From: an uncultured Candidatus Saccharibacteria bacterium
GTDB taxonomy: Bacteria; Patescibacteriota; Minisyncoccia; UBA6257; 2-01-FULL-56-20
Assembly (NCBI GenBank): GCA_964484655.1
Contig: CAZAFA010000001.1
Coordinates: 164,742-228,741 of the forward strand
DNA length: 64,000 bases
Direction of reading: 5' to 3'
The notes beneath the pieces are model-generated. The model had not been told where the DNA came from, did not search any database, and saw only the letters and a program-made list of their open reading frames with translations. Every line of letters begins with the position of its first letter. The first letter of the stretch is position 1. Below are positions 58,829-64,000 of the stretch, piece by piece. A program made the translations under genes and the position numbers.

Positions 58829-59329
58829 CTACTCGACGCCGAGGAGCTCGACCTCGAAGTGCAGCGTGCTGCCCGCCGGGATTGATCCCACGGCGCGGTC
58901 GCCGTACGCCAGGCTGGCGGGGATGACGAGCTTGCGGACGCCGCCGACCTTCATACCTACGACGCCAAGGTCCCAGCCGCGGATGACCTGGCCCGCGCCG
59001 AGCGGGAAGGTGAAGGGCGCGCCGCGGTCACGGGACGAGTCGAACTTGGTGCCGTCGTCGAGCGTGCCCACGTAGTGGACGCTGACGGTCTTGCCGGAGA
59101 CGGCTTCGGCGCCGGTGCCGACCTTCACGTCGGTCTTCTCGAGTCCTGCTGCGTTGGTGTCGTTCATGGTGGAAGGTGTGCTGGTGGGTGTGGAGGTCGC
59201 CGCGTTCTCTGGCAGCGGATCGAGCTCGATGCCGCTGCTGGCGGGCTTCATGTTGATCCGGACGATGACGGCGAGGAGCGCGACCCCGATGAGGATCATG
59301 GCCGCGAGGGCGAAACGTGATGCGTTCAT
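58829..59329 (-). CDS. membrane-anchored FKBP-type peptidyl-prolyl cis-trans isomerase
   Basis: N-terminal TM; C-terminal FKBP domain (VSVHYVGTLDDGTKFDSSRDRGAPFTFPLGAGQVIRGWD). Confidence 0.85.
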   Translation of the reverse strand: MNASRFALAAMILIGVALLAVIVRINMKPASSGIELDPLPENAATSTPTSTPSTMNDTNAAGLEKTDVKVGTGAEAVSGKTVSVHYVGTLDDGTKFDSSRDRGAPFTFPLGAGQVIRGWDLGVVGMKVGGVRKLVIPASLAYGDRAVGSIPAGSTLHFEVELLGVE

Positions 59330-59372
59330 AGGTTCGGTATTTGTGCCGCTAGAGCATAGCAGGGGCGGCCGC

Positions 59373-59792
59373 TCAGTGCAGGCGCTCCCCCGGCGGTACC
59401 GGGCGGGTGGGCGCGAGGAGCGCCAGGCCGCCGTCGCCGTCCGCGGCGAGGATCATGGCGCGGCTCTCGAGGCCCATGATCGGACGCGGCGGCAAGTTCG
59501 CGACGAAGGCGAACTGGCGTCCGGGCAGGCCGAGGGGGTCAACATGCTTGGCGATGCCCGAGACCACCTGGCGCGGCTCGTCTTCGCCGAAGTCGACCGT
59601 GAGCCGCAGGAGCTTCTCCGAACCCTCGACCGGCTCGGCGCTGACGACCGTGCCCACGCGCAGCTCGACGGACGCGAACGTGTCGAACGGGACGGTCGCC
59701 AGGGCCGGCTCCGCGGGCACGGCCTTCTCGGTGACGACGTTCTCCTTCTCGGCCGTGTCACCGAGAAACGGCAGGCGCTGGAATATGCTCAT
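59373..59792 (-). CDS. csaA: tRNA-binding protein (CsaA/Trbp111-like OB-fold)
   Basis: LRVGTVVSAEPVEGSEKLLRLTVDFGEDEPRQVVSGI pattern typical of the CsaA / MetRS C-terminal domain. Confidence 0.8.
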   Translation of the reverse strand: MSIFQRLPFLGDTAEKENVVTEKAVPAEPALATVPFDTFASVELRVGTVVSAEPVEGSEKLLRLTVDFGEDEPRQVVSGIAKHVDPLGLPGRQFAFVANLPPRPIMGLESRAMILAADGDGGLALLAPTRPVPPGERLH

Positions 59793-59860
59793 GGGCGAAT
59801 GAAACTAGCCTTTACCGCGATTGTCCACCCGGGGCGGCGCGTGCGATACTCTGCGCGTCT

Positions 59861-59931
59861 TGCGGGATCGTCTAATGGTAGGACACCGGCCTTTGGAGCC
59901 GAGAATCTAGGTTCGAGCCCTAGTCCCGCAA
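59861..59931 (+). tRNA. tRNA-Gln (anticodon TTG), 71 nt, U1-A72, no encoded CCA
   Basis: acceptor tgcggga/tcccgca; short D-arm; anticodon loop cuUUGga; T-arm ctagg-ttcgagc-cctag; one C-A mismatch in the anticodon stem. Confidence 0.6.
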
Positions 59932-59997
59932 CACTATAGACATTTGGAAGTAAATCCTTATAAGTATTCATAGACTCCGATTGAAAACGAGGTTTCT

Positions 59998-60612
59998 ATG
60001 AACAACTGTCCCGAAGACAGCGCGCTAGCCGCTCGAGGCTATGATGCGCTCTATCATCTTGACCGATTCGCGTTTCCTGACGGCCCTCGCCCGGAAATCC
60101 GTTGGCGATACCGCATCGGCGAGAAGCCGCACCTCATGTTCGCTCTCAGGCTCAACGAGGAAAGCGGCGAGATTAGCCGCGAACGCTACCTGCTCCCCGC
60201 TCGCAACCTTGTGCGACGACTCGATAAGGAGCTCCGCGCCATGCCTTCGCCGTACGACGCTCGCTACCGGACCGTGCTCCTGACCAGCCTTGCTGCGCAC
60301 GAGGTCCGTCATCGTCTCCAATACCATGCGCGCGTCGAGCGCTTTACGCCTGAGAACCTTCCGGACTATAGGGCGACAACCGAAGTCGTCATGGGCCGGC
60401 TCCCCCAGCTCCTCGCCGACATGTCTGCCGTGATTTCCAGCCTCGACGGGAGCATGGACAACGAATTCGACGCGGTAATGTGCCAGGCATTCACGTACGC
60501 CTACCTCAAACCGTTTGTCGGCATGGATTTTGAGACCGTGATCCTCCCGCGCGCCTGCGAAATCCTACTGCAGGACCCGAGCACCATTGCTTCTCTGGTG
60601 CCGCCCCCATAG
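59998..60612 (+). CDS. hypothetical protein (204 aa)
   Basis: follows an AT-rich stretch downstream of tRNA-Gln; no recognisable motif. Confidence 0.45.
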   Translation: MNNCPEDSALAARGYDALYHLDRFAFPDGPRPEIRWRYRIGEKPHLMFALRLNEESGEISRERYLLPARNLVRRLDKELRAMPSPYDARYRTVLLTSLAAHEVRHRLQYHARVERFTPENLPDYRATTEVVMGRLPQLLADMSAVISSLDGSMDNEFDAVMCQAFTYAYLKPFVGMDFETVILPRACEILLQDPSTIASLVPPP

Positions 60613-60653
60613 CTCGAAAGCCCGCTCTGCGGGCTTTCTTTATGTCGTCGCGG

Positions 60654-62033
60654 CTAAACGAACAGCGACACCAGCGTCGCCGCGGCCACGACCGTCATCA
60701 GCGCGGTCACGAGCCAGCCCGCGCGCCTGATGCGCGCCGTGTTTGCATGCTCGCCCATCACCACCTCGCTGCTGCTCATCCGCACGATCAGGAACAGCAC
60801 GACCGGTGCGATCACGGCGTTCGCGATTGCCGAATAGATGAGCGCCTTGATCGGATCGAGGCCCACGAAGTTCAGGAGGATGCCCACGATCATCGCGATG
60901 ATGATGATCCCGTAGAAGGCGTAGGCGCCGCGAAGCTTCCGGTAAAGGCCGTGCTTCCAGCCGAAGCTCTCCGAGATCGCGTACGAGGCCGATCCGGCGA
61001 GCACCGGGATGGCGAGCATGCCGGTCCCAACGATGCCTACCGCGAAGAGGAAGAACGCGGCGTCGCCTGCGAACGGGCGCAGCGCCTCTGCGGCGTCGGC
61101 TGCCGACTCGATGCCTGTGATGCCGGAAGCGTAGAGCGTGCCCGCGCAGGCCGCGATGATGAAGAACATCACGACGTTCGAGAAGAACATGCCGGACCAG
61201 ACGTCGGTCTTCATGGCCTTGAGTTCAGCCTTCGCGGGCTCCTGCCGCCAGCCGACCTCCACGGGCTTCCCGCGCAGCTTGCTGTCCTCGACCTCCTGCG
61301 AGGTCTGCCAGAAGAACAGGTACGGCGAGATGGTCGTGCCGAGCACGGCACCTACGAGGTAGATTTGGTTCCAATCGAAATCTATGCTTGGCATCAGCGT
61401 CCCGCGCGCGACGTTCGCCCAGTCGAGACCGACGATCAGCGCGGAGAGGATGTAGGCGAGCAGCACGATCGCCAGGTACTTCAGGTACCGCGCGTACCGC
61501 GCGTACGTGGTGAATATCTGCAGCATGAGGCTGAGCAAGGCGAAGCCGATGACCAGCAGAGGCGCCGGGATGCCCGGGAGGAGCAGCCGCATGCCTTCCG
61601 CCATGGCGCCAAGGTCGGCGCCGATGTTGAAGGCGTTCGCGCCGAAGAGGAGCCCTGCGGTTAGGTACAGCACCCAGCGCGGATAGCGATGGCGGATGTT
61701 CGCTGCGAGCCCCCGACCCGTCACCAGGCCGATGCGCGCGCACATCTCCTGCACGACCGCCATGAGCGGGAATGTAAACCAGGAGAGCCAGAGGAACTGG
61801 AAGCCGTACTGGGCGCCAGCCTGCGAGTAGGTCGCGATGCCGGCGGGATCGTCGTCCGAGGCGCCCGTCGTGAGGCCAGGTCCGAGCGAGGACCAGTACT
61901 CCTCGGCGCGCCGGAACGGCCGCTTGGTGAACAGACGCCGCCCGACACGCCGCGAGCCGCTGAGGACGTCTGCGAGAATAACGGCAGGCTCGGCGACCAC
62001 GCGCTCGAGGCGGGTCCGGGGCTCTGAAGGCAT
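60654..62033 (-). CDS. mntH: NRAMP-family divalent metal transporter
   Basis: ASDDDPAGIATYSQAGAQYG (DPGN-type motif region); about 11 TM helices; 459 aa. Confidence 0.88.
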   Translation of the reverse strand: MPSEPRTRLERVVAEPAVILADVLSGSRRVGRRLFTKRPFRRAEEYWSSLGPGLTTGASDDDPAGIATYSQAGAQYGFQFLWLSWFTFPLMAVVQEMCARIGLVTGRGLAANIRHRYPRWVLYLTAGLLFGANAFNIGADLGAMAEGMRLLLPGIPAPLLVIGFALLSLMLQIFTTYARYARYLKYLAIVLLAYILSALIVGLDWANVARGTLMPSIDFDWNQIYLVGAVLGTTISPYLFFWQTSQEVEDSKLRGKPVEVGWRQEPAKAELKAMKTDVWSGMFFSNVVMFFIIAACAGTLYASGITGIESAADAAEALRPFAGDAAFFLFAVGIVGTGMLAIPVLAGSASYAISESFGWKHGLYRKLRGAYAFYGIIIIAMIVGILLNFVGLDPIKALIYSAIANAVIAPVVLFLIVRMSSSEVVMGEHANTARIRRAGWLVTALMTVVAAATLVSLFV

Positions 62034-62113
62034 GCGGCAATGATACTGCCCCGGCCGCCCTTGATATAGTGCGCGGACTCGACCGCGAGCCTGGATGGAG
62101 GTATACCTAAGGC

Positions 62114-62320
62114 ATGATCTGCCCGTTCCCCTTCTCGGTACCGCTTCTCGAGCTCGTCCTGATCGCGCTGGCGCTCTGGCTCATACTAGCGGCCTTGCGC
62201 AAGCGGCATCCGCACAAGCCGCGCCACGAGGGCGCCCTCAGACTACTCGAGGAGCGCTACGTGAAAGGCGAGATAGACCGTGATGAATTCCATGCAAAGA
62301 AAGCGGATCTCTTGGACTGA
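62114..62320 (+). CDS. SHOCT-domain small membrane protein
   Basis: TM helix followed by LLEERYVKGEIDRDEFHAKKADLL SHOCT-like motif. Confidence 0.5.
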   Translation: MICPFPFSVPLLELVLIALALWLILAALRKRHPHKPRHEGALRLLEERYVKGEIDRDEFHAKKADLLD

Positions 62321-62543
62321 GCTCAAGCGCGAGATGAACGCCTCCCTGGACTCGTCCGACAAGCAGTGGTGCCTCGAGGAGGCCATCGACGTCGCGAAGG
62401 AGGCGGCACGCGGCGGCGCGACCGACCTGCCGGAGCTGCTCGAGGCGCTTTATGAGAAGCTCAAGGAGCTCGGCGAGGACGCCTGGGGCGAGGAGCCGCG
62501 ACGGAAGAGGTCCGGCGACGAAAAGCAGGAGGAGCTCGATTGA
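62280..62543 (+). CDS. small acidic hypothetical protein
   Basis: 87 aa; overlaps the SHOCT gene 3' end; weak. Confidence 0.3.
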   Translation: MMNSMQRKRISWTELKREMNASLDSSDKQWCLEEAIDVAKEAARGGATDLPELLEALYEKLKELGEDAWGEEPRRKRSGDEKQEELD

Positions 62544-62574
62544 GCTCCTCCTTACGCTTCGTCGATAGCCGCCG

Positions 62575-63006
62575 CTAGGCGCGCTTCCGTCCGGCCTTCT
62601 TCGCAGCCGCCTTCTTCGCCACCTTCCTCTTCGGCGCCGCCTTGCGCGGGGCCTTCGGGGCGAACTGCTTCTTGATCCCGGTCCAGTATCCCTGGAGCTC
62701 CTTCACCATACCTGCGATCTCTGCCGAGCTCACGTCCTTGACGTTCGCGTACCGCTCCGCGGCGGCGTCGATGAGCGCGAAATAGGTCTCCTTGTCGATC
62801 TCCGGCAGCTTCTCGATCTGCTCGAGGATCTCCCCCTTCGCCTTCAGCATCCAGCCGCGGACCGCCTTGCGGCGCTTCGGCGCGTCCTTCCCGTAGAGGA
62901 AGTAGGCGCCGGCCGCCGCGGCGACGAGCGCCGCGCCGATGCCGGCGCCGACCGCGATCTGCGCGTTGCTGATTCCCTTCTGCTTGTTAGATGAGTTCTT
63001 TGCCAT
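62575..63006 (-). CDS. membrane-anchored protein with Lys/Ala-rich C-terminal tail
   Basis: start at MAKNSSN..; single TM; C-terminal PKAPRKAAPKRKVAKKAAAKKAGRKRA. Confidence 0.45.
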   Translation of the reverse strand: MAKNSSNKQKGISNAQIAVGAGIGAALVAAAAGAYFLYGKDAPKRRKAVRGWMLKAKGEILEQIEKLPEIDKETYFALIDAAAERYANVKDVSSAEIAGMVKELQGYWTGIKKQFAPKAPRKAAPKRKVAKKAAAKKAGRKRA

Positions 63007-63061
63007 GTGATGGTAGTGACGTTTGGTGCCCCGCAATCTTACTCCTCCATGCGGCTACGGG

Positions 63062-64000
63062 CTACGTCTGCGTCGGCGTGATGATGACCTCGTCCGGAAG
63101 CTCACGCACGCGCCTCTTGCGTCGCGTTATAGCGAACACTACTGCGGCGAGGCCCGCCACGAGTAGCCACGGGAACAGTTCGAGCAGCGTCTTCCAGAAC
63201 GTCTCCGAGCTCACCCGTATCGGCCCCATGGGATAGCTCAGGGCTCCACGCCGGTCCCGCGCGACCGCAGAGACATCCCACGTACCTAGCGCGAGCGGCG
63301 CGTACGCGAGCTGCCACGAGCCGTCAGGGGCGACCGGCACCACGACCTCGCGAACGGCATCCCCGGCCGGCGCGAAGCGGACGACCACCACGTCGGCGCG
63401 CTCGGCATAGCCGCGAACCAGCGGCACGAAGGCCCGATCCTGCTCCAGCAGCGAGGCCTGGCCGTCCGGGCGGGATATCACCTCGAGCGTCGGCGACGGG
63501 ATCGGCTCGATATGCACGATGACCCGCGCGTTGCGCCCGTTCCCCGCCGCGTCGACAGCAACGAGCGTAAGGTCGTTCGCGCCCGGAGGCAGCGCGGGCA
63601 GCAGGAACCGGCTCGCTGCGACGCCCGGGACGCGGAGCGAGCCGCCGTCCCAGCTGACCCTGAGATGATCAAAGCCGGAGCCGGCATCATTCGCGATGAC
63701 GCGCAGCTCGCGCCGCGGCTCGGTCGGGTCGGTTGGTCCGACCTGACTAATCTCAAGTGTCTCGGGTGGTAGCCGGTCGACGAGGATGCGACGCGTCTGG
63801 ACGCGGCCTGTCTGATCGCCCCGGAGAAAGCGGAGGTGAAAATAGTACTCGCCATCCTCAATAAAACTGCCGAGTGGCACTGTCACACCAGCGATGCGGC
63901 CGGCGGTTCCTGTGGCAGGCTGTCCGTCCTTCGCTCGGTCGAGTCCGTACTGGACGCCCGTCGCGTCGTCCGGCAATGCCCAGGCGAACCGGGCCTCCTC
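63062..64000 (-). CDS. partial gene (5' end beyond the window): surface protein with Ig-like beta-sandwich repeats and C-terminal TM anchor
   Basis: C-terminal hydrophobic helix followed by RRKRRVRE; reading frame runs to the window edge. Confidence 0.5.
   Translation of the reverse strand, partial: EEARFAWALPDDATGVQYGLDRAKDGQPATGTAGRIAGVTVPLGSFIEDGEYYFHLRFLRGDQTGRVQTRRILVDRLPPETLEISQVGPTDPTEPRRELRVIANDAGSGFDHLRVSWDGGSLRVPGVAASRFLLPALPPGANDLTLVAVDAAGNGRNARVIVHIEPIPSPTLEVISRPDGQASLLEQDRAFVPLVRGYAERADVVVVRFAPAGDAVREVVVPVAPDGSWQLAYAPLALGTWDVSAVARDRRGALSYPMGPIRVSSETFWKTLLELFPWLLVAGLAAVVFAITRRKRRVRELPDEVIITPTQT

Noticed and set aside
59373-59792. CsaA-like protein as the C-terminal domain of a split methionyl-tRNA synthetase
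   Set aside because: No MetRS catalytic domain lies adjacent. Stand-alone CsaA/Trbp111 proteins are well known, so it is annotated as an independent tRNA-binding protein.

Overview
High-GC (roughly two-thirds G+C by eye), gene-dense bacterial chromosome segment; most genes sit in long co-directional minus-strand arrays with 1-4 nt stop/start overlaps. Content is mostly core housekeeping: DNA repair and replication (uvrA, uvrB, uvrC, recO, xseA, xseB, dnaG, holB), transcription (rpoD), translation and tRNA functions (glyQS, alaS, tsf, rpsB, efp, frr, mnmA, truB, dus, tgt, rsmE, csaA, two tRNAs), cell-envelope functions (mreB, rseP, M23 peptidase, 3D-domain protein, cls, dedA, PAP2, gtrA, mscL, mntH, FKBP) and pyruvate kinase. 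Accessory content is a compact pilB-pilC-four-prepilin operon with a divergent two-component system, and a four-gene cassette of unknown proteins next to tRNA-Tyr. Many proteins are shorter than their usual bacterial orthologues (UvrC, UvrA, AlaRS, Tsf, TruB, PilB). Combined with a lysine/alanine-repeat tail on RpoD, this suggests a reduced-genome lineage, possibly Patescibacteria/CPR-like; that is inference only. No rRNA, CRISPR array, integrase or transposase was seen. All family assignments come from reading motifs in the translations; no database search was run. Hand-derived start coordinates may be off by 1 nt.
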